Assembly (NCBI GenBank): GCA_030599585.1 | Contig: JAUVNS010000013.1 | Span: 32,001 to 96,000, forward strand | Source: Promethearchaeota archaeon | GTDB taxonomy: Archaea > Asgardarchaeota > Lokiarchaeia > Sigyniarchaeales > SOKP01 | Reading direction: 5' to 3' | DNA length: 64,000 nt | In this document: one piece after another, positions 28,914 to 37,650 of the stretch | Position numbering within the stretch: the first letter of the stretch is position 1 | Layout of the letters: each line of letters starts with the position of its first letter | Notes under the pieces: generated by a model | Told to the model about the DNA's origin: nothing | Database searches by the model: none | Seen by the model: the letters and a program-made list of their open reading frames with translations, nothing else | Made by a program: the position numbers and the translations under genes

Positions 28914-30184
28914 TACTTACTCTCCTCCTTCATATTGTTGGTATCACTAATCCTAATATGTTTAATTAAAAATTCAGAGAAATCTACAATTTCAATTGAG
29001 GAAATATTTTCATAATCTTTTTGGAGACATGAGAGGTGAATTCTACACTTTGGGCAAGAGGTTACCATTACTGTTCCAGCGTCTTTAGCTTCTAACATCC
29101 TTTTGTACCTAAGAGCTTTTGATTTCTCGTTACAATTCATCCAAGAATTTACACCACAACATAAAGAATTTGATTTGTTATGTTCCATTTCATTAAAGCT
29201 GTAGTTCAACTTTTCGAATTCTTTGAAAATTTCCCTAACCTTTTCAGTGATATTATTTTCTTTAGGTAGAAACCTGCTCAATCTACATGGGTCGTGATAG
29301 GTAAACGATATTTCTTCGTTGAGCTCGCTACTACTTATAAATTCAATTTTACCTTCTTTCCACATTTCATAAATATACTCGATAATATGCTTTACTTCAA
29401 ATTTATCGTTAAAATCTTCAAAGATTTCTGGATAATCAATTTTAAGAGTTCTATAACATTCAGCACAAGCTGTAACAATAGTGGAGACTCCGGCATTCTC
29501 AAACATCTCGATATTTTTCTTTGCTAGTTTAATAAAGGTTTTCAATTTTCCTTGACCCCAGTAAAGATCGTGCCCGCAACAAACTTCATCTTTAAAAACA
29601 ACTATAGGTTCTTTTTCGATTTTACTTAAAATCTGTAATGTACTTATAGCAATAGAGTCTAAATTATCGTGTTCGTAATTAAAAAAAGGTAAGCAACCAA
29701 CATAATATAAAGTATTACCTTTATCTGATATAAGGCAGTCCTTAGGAACCCAATCGAGCGATCTATCGGGATTTATATATGGTCTACTCATTATCTCTGA
29801 AATCGTTGTATAAACTCCTTTGTGTGCTATTAACTCATCAACATTTTTATTTGTTGTATGCCTCATTTTGTATCTAGCCATTCTCGCTAAATCGGCAAAA
29901 TTAATATCTTCGGGACAATCTTTGAGACATTGATTACAGGTTAAACAATCCCATAATACCTCGCTCTCCAATACCTTTTTTTCAAAACCCTCTAAAATTA
30001 ATTGAATTATTTTACTTGGAGTATATATCTGCACTTTACTTAATTGACAAACCCCGCTACAACGACCACATTGATAGCACCTCTTTAAAAGATTTCTTAA
30101 ATTGGGTTCGTAAATTTTATCTAAATATTCTAAAGTATCTCCAAATAACTTCTTTCTTTCAGCTTCTTTTTTTGTTTCTGTTAT
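28913..30184 (-). CDS. HdrD/GlpC-like Fe-S oxidoreductase (2x[4Fe-4S] plus two CCG domains); inferred ATA start
   Basis: The frame is open upstream of the called GTG (30034) to a stop at 30203-30205 and encodes CYQCGRCSGVC there; second motif CLTCNQCLKDCP; CCG, ACAEC, YHDPC, CCG, SCPKC. GAGGAG lies 6 nt before ATA at 30184. Confidence 0.85.
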   Translation of the reverse strand: MTETKKEAERKKLFGDTLEYLDKIYEPNLRNLLKRCYQCGRCSGVCQLSKVQIYTPSKIIQLILEGFEKKVLESEVLWDCLTCNQCLKDCPEDINFADLARMARYKMRHTTNKNVDELIAHKGVYTTISEIMSRPYINPDRSLDWVPKDCLISDKGNTLYYVGCLPFFNYEHDNLDSIAISTLQILSKIEKEPIVVFKDEVCCGHDLYWGQGKLKTFIKLAKKNIEMFENAGVSTIVTACAECYRTLKIDYPEIFEDFNDKFEVKHIIEYIYEMWKEGKIEFISSSELNEEISFTYHDPCRLSRFLPKENNITEKVREIFKEFEKLNYSFNEMEHNKSNSLCCGVNSWMNCNEKSKALRYKRMLEAKDAGTVMVTSCPKCRIHLSCLQKDYENISSIEIVDFSEFLIKHIRISDTNNMKEESK

Positions 30185-30197
30185 TGTACACTCCTCA

Positions 30198-31310
30198 CTA
30201 GATTAAATTATTCATAAAGTCTTCCTTACGCTTGATTTTAGATTGAGAAAACTGAGATATCAACTCAATCATCTTATGTTTTTTGTTCGCATCTAAATCT
30301 GCACAACTGATAATTCCACTTTCAAGAACTTGAGAAAATATCCTACTACCTTTTTCTGTTCGTGGAATAACAGTAGTGTATTTATCAGACGATCCTAAAC
30401 CCCCAAATGATATATCCGCATAAATATTAGTAAAATCATCACAAGCGTTACAAGCTGGACGCATATATTTCTTCAAATGATTAAATGGAATATGGATAAT
30501 TTTTTCCCCATTTCCATCGTCTTTTAATTTTAAAATAACGTCTTCTTTAATATTAATTTTTTTAATATCAGAAAATTTGATGTTAAAATCCTTCTCAAAC
30601 CTTTCTAACTGTGATTTTTCAAAAAAAAAGTTTTCGTAGCAAAATAATCCAAGACAAATTTCTACATTTTCAGACGGAGTAACCCCAAGGTCTTGCATAC
30701 ATCTAATTGTATAAAGTTGACAAGGAGTGCCTACTACAGCTAACTTTTTGAATTTATAATAATTTAATTCAGAAATTGAACTTGTATATGTAGAAAACTT
30801 CTGGATTTCATCTAACTGTGGTGTAATATCTAACATAGTTCCAGAGGCCTTTAATAAATCATATTTACTATCAGCAAAAGTTGCTTCCCTTACAAAAGGG
30901 GCATCTGTCTTAGAAACAATTGCACCATCAATCATTTTTTTTTCAATCATAAAATTAATTATTGAATTAACCACGCCACCATCAGTGCCATTTTCTAAAA
31001 AATTTTTATCTATAGCTTGGCAGGAATATATATCTTCATAATGCCCTATTGGCAAGGAAGAAAAATTAGTAAATTGGTATGTTTTATTGAGATCATCATC
31101 TAAAACATGGGTTTGTGGGCATATATAATAACAGATACCGCATTCAAGACACTTATCCTTATGAATGTATTCCGGAGGCAAGTAAGGGTCTATAAATCCT
31201 ATAACTTCGTATTCTGCTGCATTACAAAAAGACACACATCCTCCACATTCCTCACAAATGCCTCGATTGTGGACTTCCTCAATTAAATCCTGAAATGTTT
31301 TTAAACTCAT
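30198..31310 (-). CDS. FrhB/FdhB/FpoF-family (F420-interacting) subunit with ferredoxin domain
   Basis: CEECGGCVSFC, CLECGICYYICP, DGGVV, VGTPCQ, GLFCYENF, CNACDDF...ADISFG. Confidence 0.9.
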   Translation of the reverse strand: MSLKTFQDLIEEVHNRGICEECGGCVSFCNAAEYEVIGFIDPYLPPEYIHKDKCLECGICYYICPQTHVLDDDLNKTYQFTNFSSLPIGHYEDIYSCQAIDKNFLENGTDGGVVNSIINFMIEKKMIDGAIVSKTDAPFVREATFADSKYDLLKASGTMLDITPQLDEIQKFSTYTSSISELNYYKFKKLAVVGTPCQLYTIRCMQDLGVTPSENVEICLGLFCYENFFFEKSQLERFEKDFNIKFSDIKKINIKEDVILKLKDDGNGEKIIHIPFNHLKKYMRPACNACDDFTNIYADISFGGLGSSDKYTTVIPRTEKGSRIFSQVLESGIISCADLDANKKHKMIELISQFSQSKIKRKEDFMNNLI

Positions 31311-31319
31311 AAGTTTAAA

Positions 31320-32819
31320 TTAACTCTCCATCTTGTTTTGTTTTAAATTAATTGGTTTACATTTTTTTCTTTTTATTCCTGCAATTCTTTCGAGCAATCC
31401 CTGACCTGGTTTAACTTCTTTTAAACTTTTTGTTTCTATTAACCCAGCTCCAACAACATCATTAAATAACTTTTCGCCTTCTTTTGTTCGAGTTATAACG
31501 GAAGAAAATCCTGCTTGCGAACCAATTGACCCAACAGATATATCAGCATAATCAGAAGTTAAATCTTCACAAAAATGACAATTATCTCGGGCATAGGATT
31601 GGATTTCTTTCAGATCAACTTTTAATTCTTCTCCTGATGTTAAATTAATTATAAATTTACCTTTATCTATGTTCATTTTTGTTAATTCGTCAATCTCTTT
31701 ATCAAATTTATCTTTTATCAGCTCTATTATGTCTGAATAAGGGAATGACTCCATACAGAAAAGCCCTATTTTATATTTTATATTATCAAAAAATGGCAAC
31801 CCACTTGGAAATAAGGTGCCTTTCTCAATTGCTTTCATCATACAAGGAACACCCACAAAGGCTAAATTCTTATAATTTTTTGCTTTGTCAATAATATTCA
31901 AGGAAGGAGAATTTGCGTATTTAGTTCCTCCTGTTTTGTAAAGATCTTTAACATCATCTACAATAATAGGTTCAGGTCTCCATATATCTTTCGAATGTTG
32001 TACAGCTATAATTGCATCAACAATCTTCTTTTCTAAAAGGTACTCCAATATGGAAGTTACTACACCTCCATCTTGACGAACTTCCTTAATTTCATCTATA
32101 GTAGTAGAAGCTGTGTATGTATTTACATAAGCTCCAATCTTATCTGACCAAATCAAAGACTTATCTAATTTTTTAATACTTTTATATGCCTGATCTATTG
32201 AAAAGGATCTAGGACAAACTGAGAAACACAGACCACATTTCATACAAGCTTCGTTGTCGATATCAAGCGTATCTGCAGTTACTTCAATGGCATTTACGGG
32301 GCATACTGCCGAACACCAACCACATTGACAGCAAACACCAGCATTGAATACAATAGAGACTGGTTCAAAATATTGTTCAATCGGAAATTTTTTTGCTTGA
32401 TATCTATAAAAAAATTCCTTGACTTCTACTTCTTTTTCTTCTCCTTTAATTTTTTTTACAACCATTTTAGTCTTAACTTCTACATGCTCTTGAACAAATC
32501 CTTGCTCTTTTAGATAGATTACATCTCTTATTACATTATCAGCGGGAAAATCTTTGATTTCTTTAACAATTTCTTCTAGGAATAGCGGATTCCTATCTTT
32601 AAGCATCTCTAGTACTAGTTTTCGCTCTGTTTCAGCATCCACCATCGCATCTAGGATTTTGTAAAAGTCATTTTCTGAAAATTTACCAGCTTTCAATATT
32701 TCATCTTTAGCTTCAAAAACAGCTCTAACTTGAAAGTTCCCTGAAGCTTGATATGTGGCTTCCATTAAATCCTTGGGAGAAATTCCTTTAAATGAATTAT
32801 TATTTACAACTTGAACCAT
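31320..32819 (-). CDS. FrhB-family subunit with ferredoxin domain and ~150-aa N-terminal helical extension
   Basis: CCQCGWCSAVCP, CMKCGLCFSVCP, QDGGVVT, GTKY, VGVPC, GLFCMESF, CHFCED...ADISVGSIGS. Confidence 0.9.
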   Translation of the reverse strand: MVQVVNNNSFKGISPKDLMEATYQASGNFQVRAVFEAKDEILKAGKFSENDFYKILDAMVDAETERKLVLEMLKDRNPLFLEEIVKEIKDFPADNVIRDVIYLKEQGFVQEHVEVKTKMVVKKIKGEEKEVEVKEFFYRYQAKKFPIEQYFEPVSIVFNAGVCCQCGWCSAVCPVNAIEVTADTLDIDNEACMKCGLCFSVCPRSFSIDQAYKSIKKLDKSLIWSDKIGAYVNTYTASTTIDEIKEVRQDGGVVTSILEYLLEKKIVDAIIAVQHSKDIWRPEPIIVDDVKDLYKTGGTKYANSPSLNIIDKAKNYKNLAFVGVPCMMKAIEKGTLFPSGLPFFDNIKYKIGLFCMESFPYSDIIELIKDKFDKEIDELTKMNIDKGKFIINLTSGEELKVDLKEIQSYARDNCHFCEDLTSDYADISVGSIGSQAGFSSVITRTKEGEKLFNDVVGAGLIETKSLKEVKPGQGLLERIAGIKRKKCKPINLKQNKMES

Positions 32820-32880
32820 ATTTCGCTCATTTACTTTATTATTTACATTATTTTTTATTATTTAATAAAAATATTGTTAA

Positions 32881-32950
32881 ACTCCTATTCCTTCGCAAGG
32901 TAAGTCATCCTATAACTAGTATTTGATTATAGGATTCATCCTACAGGAGT
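32881..32950 (-). promoter_or_regulatory. Eukaryote-type SECIS element
   Basis: RNA: ACUCCUGUAGG-AUGAA-UCCUAUAAU-CAAAUACUA-GUUAUAGGA-UGAC-UUACCUUGCGAAGGAAU-AGGAGU. AUGA/GA kink-turn core, 9-bp stem, AAA in the apical loop, lower helix; lies directly 3' of two UGA-containing genes. Confidence 0.88.
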
Positions 32951-33388
32951 AATTACTTCTTGCTTTGCTTTTTCAACAACCATGGACTTTATCGGATTGG
33001 GTCCAGACCGTTTGATTTTTTCGTAAGCATCTTCTACGCTTTTAACTAGTTTGTCGGCTTCTGCCCCACTTAACCAGTACATGTTAATTCTTTGGTTTCC
33101 GTAACCCCGAGAATCCAATATTCTATTAGCTAAATCAACATGTCTTTGAGCATTAAAATTGCCTTGCTTGAACTCACATTCATTTGGTCGTCATCCAACA
33201 ATCATAACTCCGTCAGCTCCCGATTTAATTCCGTATAAGATATGTCTTACATTGACTCTTCCAGTACATTTAACTTTTATGATCTTTACTGATGTCGTAT
33301 ATTTCATTCGAGAAACTCCAGCCAGATCAGCAGCAGAATACCCTCATTTCAAACAGGCAAACATCAGAATTTTCAAGTTATTCTCCAT
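32936..33388 (-). CDS. vhuD: Selenoprotein VhuD/MvhD (150 aa; Sec15, Sec66)
   Basis: Manual translation MENNLKILMFACLK-U-GYSAADLAGVSR...VKCTGRV...GADGVMIVG-U-RPNECEF...WLSGAEA. TGA codons at 33344-33346 and 33191-33193 align with Cys of CCNWC and GCH in the Cys paralogue. Confidence 0.92.
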
Positions 33389-33393
33389 TTTCT

Positions 33394-35334
33394 TTAGCCT
33401 CCTTCTAATATCCCGTCAATTTCAGTAAATAATTGATGATCTCTAAAGTATCTAATATCTATTGCGTTAGTTGGACAACAAGAAGCGCAGATTCCGCACC
33501 CATCGCAATTAATTTCGTCAACAATTGCTTTTTCTTCGTCAACAACAGTAATCGCATTTTTCGGGCATGCTTTTTCACATCTCCTACAAGCAATACAGAT
33601 CTCATTAGAAACTTCAGCAATTATTAGCTCTATTTCTACTTCCCCAGGAGCGGTTAATTCAGCTACCTTACTTGCGGCCGCTCTAGCTTGAGAAACTGAA
33701 TATGCGATATCCTTTGGACCCTGAGCAAATCCGGCAATGAAAATACCCTTTGTTTTGGTTTCTTGTGGCATTAAACCAAAGTGAGACTCCGTTAAGAAAC
33801 CATTACGATCAGCGTCTAAGCTTAAAATCTTAGAAATCTGCGCGGTACCCTTTGAAGGCAACGCAGCAGTAGATAAGACTACTAAATCCGCGCTAATTTT
33901 AATGATTTCGTCGGTTAAAGACGAATACACTCGGATATTTACGTTTTTAGTCTTTGGATCTTCAGAAAATTCGCCAACTTTTCCCCGAATCATTCTGATA
34001 TCCGACTGCTTAGCCCTTTGATAATATTCTTCGAAGCCTTTTTCGTTAGTTCTCATGTCAATATAACAGATGGTAATGTTCGCGTTAGGGAATTCTTCTT
34101 TAAGTAATTTACCGTTTTTTAGAGCTAACATGCAACAAACGCCGCTACAATATGGTCTTTCTGTGTCACGACTTCCTACACATTGAATAAACACAATTTC
34201 TTCGGGTTCCTTAGCGTCTGAAATTCTGTGAACATTTCCTTCTAAAGGTCCATTTGGAGATAGAATCCTTTCAAGTTGGGGTTGAGTAATAACATTTTCA
34301 AACTTTCCGTATCCATACTCTCCGTATGGTTCATAAATATCCCACCCTGTCGCTACGATAATTGATCCTACCTTAAATGTGACTTCTTCAGGCACTTGGC
34401 TAAAATCTATCGCATCTAATTCACAAGCTTCAACACAACTAAAGCATTCTACGCACACATCTCTGTTAATGTCATATAAGAAAGGAACGGCTTGTCCGAA
34501 AGCTATATCTATTGCTCTTCGTGGTCCTAAGTGTTCGTCAAAGTAATTTGAAGTGATAATGGGACAAACTTCTGTACAAGCCCCGCATCCATTACAGTCA
34601 TTGTTTACAAATCGTGGTTTCTTTTCCACGGTAATATTATAATTTCCAACATAACCATCAACTTTTTTCACTTCACTATAGCTTAATATTTCTATATTCT
34701 CATTTCGATTGACTTCGAGCATCACAGGGCCACAGATTCATATAGAACAGTCGTCGGTAGGGAATGTTCTATCTAATTGGGACATCCTCCCGCCTATTGT
34801 TGTTTTACTTTCAACAAGAAAAACTTTGATTCCTTCGTTTGCTAAGTCCAACGCAGCATTCATTCCAGCTATCCCCGCACCCACAATTAGAGTGGCTTTT
34901 TCAACGGGAACTGTTCTCACTGGAACAGCTTTTAATGTTTTTGCTCTATTTATTCCACTATTAACCAAAGTTTTAGCTTTTTTTAACGCTTCTTCCTTAT
35001 CTTCTGTACACCAAGCACAATGTTCTCTTACATTGACCATTTGAAAATGATAAGGGTTTAAATCCGTTTTGGCGAGAGATCCTCTGTAAATTGGTTCGTG
35101 AGTTCGAGGAGTTCAAGCGGAAGCAACAATACAATCTAAATTTTTCTCATTTATATCATTTATGATTTCTTGTTGTCCACTTTCAGTTCAAAGGAACGGA
35201 TGGGTTTTAGATATCACAACATCATCCAAATCTTTTGCAAATTCGACGAGTTTATCGCAATCTACTTTTCTTTTTATGTTGATTCCTCACTGGCAAGCAT
35301 AGTATCCAATCCGATGATTTTCAGATTTTTCCAT
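33394..35334 (-). CDS. hdrA: Selenoprotein HdrA (646 aa; Sec16, Sec49, Sec74, Sec199)
   Basis: One frame from ATG 35334 to TAA 33394 with TGA at 35287-89 (ACQ-U-GINI), 35188-90 (PFL-U-T), 35113-15 (ASA-U-TPRTHE) and 34738-40 (DDCSI-U-ICGP); each is Cys in the neighbouring HdrA. SD GAGGTGGAG upstream. Confidence 0.92.
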
Positions 35335-35651
35335 TTTCTTTTATACTCCACCTCAATTGTTATAATTTTGTATTTTTTTTCCGTAGTAAATTAAATTTCG
35401 TTCTGTATCATTTTCTGACATTTTTGACCGAATTTGTGTCGGAAAATTTACTTTTATTAATGAATTTTTATTTAATTCACTATTTAAGTTAGTTTTTATG
35501 TGATATATTATATTGTTTTCTATTTAACCATATAAGAAAAAGGTAATAATCCAATTAATGAGAAGATCAAAAATAACTGATTCTTCGATCTAAGACATTA
35601 TATTGCTTCTAAATAAGAAAAGCGCTAGATTCACAACTTGTTAGTATTTAA

Positions 35652-36794
35652 TTACACTGATTGAATTTGATTTACATTTGAGATTTCTTCTTCGCCTTCG
35701 AAAGAATTTGTTGATAGTTTTTCTAACTTTTCTATTTTTTTTTCTAGAAGTTCTATTCGATTAAAATTCGCAGCTAAGATTTTTCTTATAAGTTTATTTT
35801 CTGATATTGTAAACGCTCCAGCTTTTTTCCTGAAAAATTTATGTCTTTTATATGGTTCTGATCTTTTTAAAAGGTTTAACCGAATCATCCATTTAATAGC
35901 GGGCATTAAATGTTTTTTAGGACCAATTTTCCTTTTGACATCCTTATAGTAATCTTCAAGTGTATGTTTTTGGTATTTTAGGAGGTTTTGAGATTTTTTA
36001 GTATTCATAAAGCCACAATGGAAGTCTTTTTCAGCAAATCCTTCTTCTGGTAAAAAATTTCTTCCCAATCCAAAAAGCTCCATCATATCGTTAAGGTATT
36101 CTCTATAAGTTATTCGACATTCTTTTCCACCAGCTAAATTGAAGGTTTCACCCCATACCTCATCACACTCAATTGCATTGACTAAAGCTAATCCCACATC
36201 TTTAGTATCACAGATTTCTATAGAAGTATCTAAAGGCATGTGAAACATTAGAGGATCCATATTAAGCTTATCAATAGATGTTATGTAGGTTAATCTAAAT
36301 ATTGCGAAATCTACACCCGATTCTCTAATCAACTTTTCAGCAGTGATTTTGGTTATTGCATAATAATCTCCTTTGCTAGGGGCGAGGGGATCGGTAACTT
36401 CTATCATTGGATTGTATCGGCGATCTCCATAAACAGCTACCGAGGACGTGAATAGCAATTTTGGTTTGTGTAATTGTTTCTTCATAGAATCTAGGATATT
36501 TTTTGTGCCTTCAACATTTACAGATTCAGCCAATTCAGGATTACCATCTGCTAACGGTGGAATAATTGCGGCCAGATGGATTACAATATCTTGATTTTGT
36601 ACAGCAGTATTTACATCACTCCTATTTCTAAGGTCACCCCAAGTAATCTCTATTCTATTTTTGAATTTTTTAGCGATCTTTCTGTTTTTTCTGTTATAGA
36701 CTTCAAAAACTCTCACGCCATAATCTTTCTTTAGTAATTCCTTTAAAGTACTTAACCCTACATTTCCAAAAGCACCTGTTAATAATACATTCAT
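35652..36794 (-). CDS. Extended SDR, NAD-dependent epimerase/dehydratase (3-beta-HSD-like)
   Basis: TGAFGNVG, HLAAII, FTSSVAVYG, YAITK. Confidence 0.85.
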   Translation of the reverse strand: MNVLLTGAFGNVGLSTLKELLKKDYGVRVFEVYNRKNRKIAKKFKNRIEITWGDLRNRSDVNTAVQNQDIVIHLAAIIPPLADGNPELAESVNVEGTKNILDSMKKQLHKPKLLFTSSVAVYGDRRYNPMIEVTDPLAPSKGDYYAITKITAEKLIRESGVDFAIFRLTYITSIDKLNMDPLMFHMPLDTSIEICDTKDVGLALVNAIECDEVWGETFNLAGGKECRITYREYLNDMMELFGLGRNFLPEEGFAEKDFHCGFMNTKKSQNLLKYQKHTLEDYYKDVKRKIGPKKHLMPAIKWMIRLNLLKRSEPYKRHKFFRKKAGAFTISENKLIRKILAANFNRIELLEKKIEKLEKLSTNSFEGEEEISNVNQIQSV

Positions 36795-36892
36795 ACTAAT
36801 CTCCTTATTTAACTTATAATTTTGTTTTTCTTACCTAAACTGAAACAAAATCCCTACTATATAAGAATTAATCCTAACTAAATAGTTGAATG

Positions 36893-36906
36893 GTTGCGAT
36901 CGCAAC
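36893..36906. promoter_or_regulatory. Perfect 14-bp palindrome in a divergent promoter region, candidate operator
   Basis: GTTGCGATCGCAAC, GC-rich within an AT-rich spacer between the SDR gene and an HTH regulator. Confidence 0.5.
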
Positions 36907-36969
36907 ATATAATAGATTATAGTTATTTTGCAATTTATATAGCAAAATTAACATTGTAACTAAATTCTA

Positions 36970-37650
36970 ATGAAAATCATACGATTACAGATACCGGGCA
37001 ATTTTTTAGAACATATAGGGTTTGCTGATTTGTTTCAACATCTTGAATTTATAGAAATTTTAAATGCTTTCCAATACGACCAGAATCACTTCTTTGCTCT
37101 TCAGAGGATAAGGTTTAAACCGAATATAGTTAAGGATCTGGATGAATACATTAAGAAAAAATTTAATCCTCAATCTTTCCAGTTATTAAATCAGACTAGG
37201 GACGAAATTATTTGCATTATGAATCAGAATAAAACATCTGGATTCTTTCCGATTGTTGACTCAGGTCCATGGGCGTTTCTTTTTCCTATTCATGTTTCTC
37301 AAGAAGTTCTATTAATCAATATTATCTCTCAAAATGAATACGTCAATAAATTATTCGATGTTATTAATTCATTTACTGAGAAATATAAAATCATAGGAAT
37401 GACCGATTTGGATAAAATTGATGAAGTAGATCAAACTATTTGGAGATCCGCAATTCCTTTCCCTAAATTTACGAAAAGACAGCAAGAAGTAGCTTCATTC
37501 GCAGCAAAAAAAGGGTTCTTCAAAATTCCAAAAAAAATACGTGCAGCTCAAATTGCTAATCATTTTGGGATATCAGAATCAGCTGTTAATAGATTACTTA
37601 AATCAACAAGAAATCTGGCAATGGAATACTTTTTCGGAACTTTCCTATGA
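36970..37650 (+). CDS. Transcriptional regulator with C-terminal HTH_10 (bacterio-opsin activator-like) domain
   Basis: FTKRQQEV...AKKGFFKIPKK...AQIANHFGISESAVNRLLK. Confidence 0.8.
   Translation: MKIIRLQIPGNFLEHIGFADLFQHLEFIEILNAFQYDQNHFFALQRIRFKPNIVKDLDEYIKKKFNPQSFQLLNQTRDEIICIMNQNKTSGFFPIVDSGPWAFLFPIHVSQEVLLINIISQNEYVNKLFDVINSFTEKYKIIGMTDLDKIDEVDQTIWRSAIPFPKFTKRQQEVASFAAKKGFFKIPKKIRAAQIANHFGISESAVNRLLKSTRNLAMEYFFGTFL

Noticed and set aside
32936-35334. hdrA/mvhD fragments read as pseudogenes
   Set aside because: All six interruptions are TGA, in frame, at conserved Cys positions, with no frameshifts and a SECIS directly downstream; random decay would not give this pattern.
33159-35394. 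Plus-strand ORFs 33159-33428, 33433-33627, 34709-35044 and 35170-35394
   Set aside because: Antisense shadows of the selenoprotein genes with no recognisable motifs.
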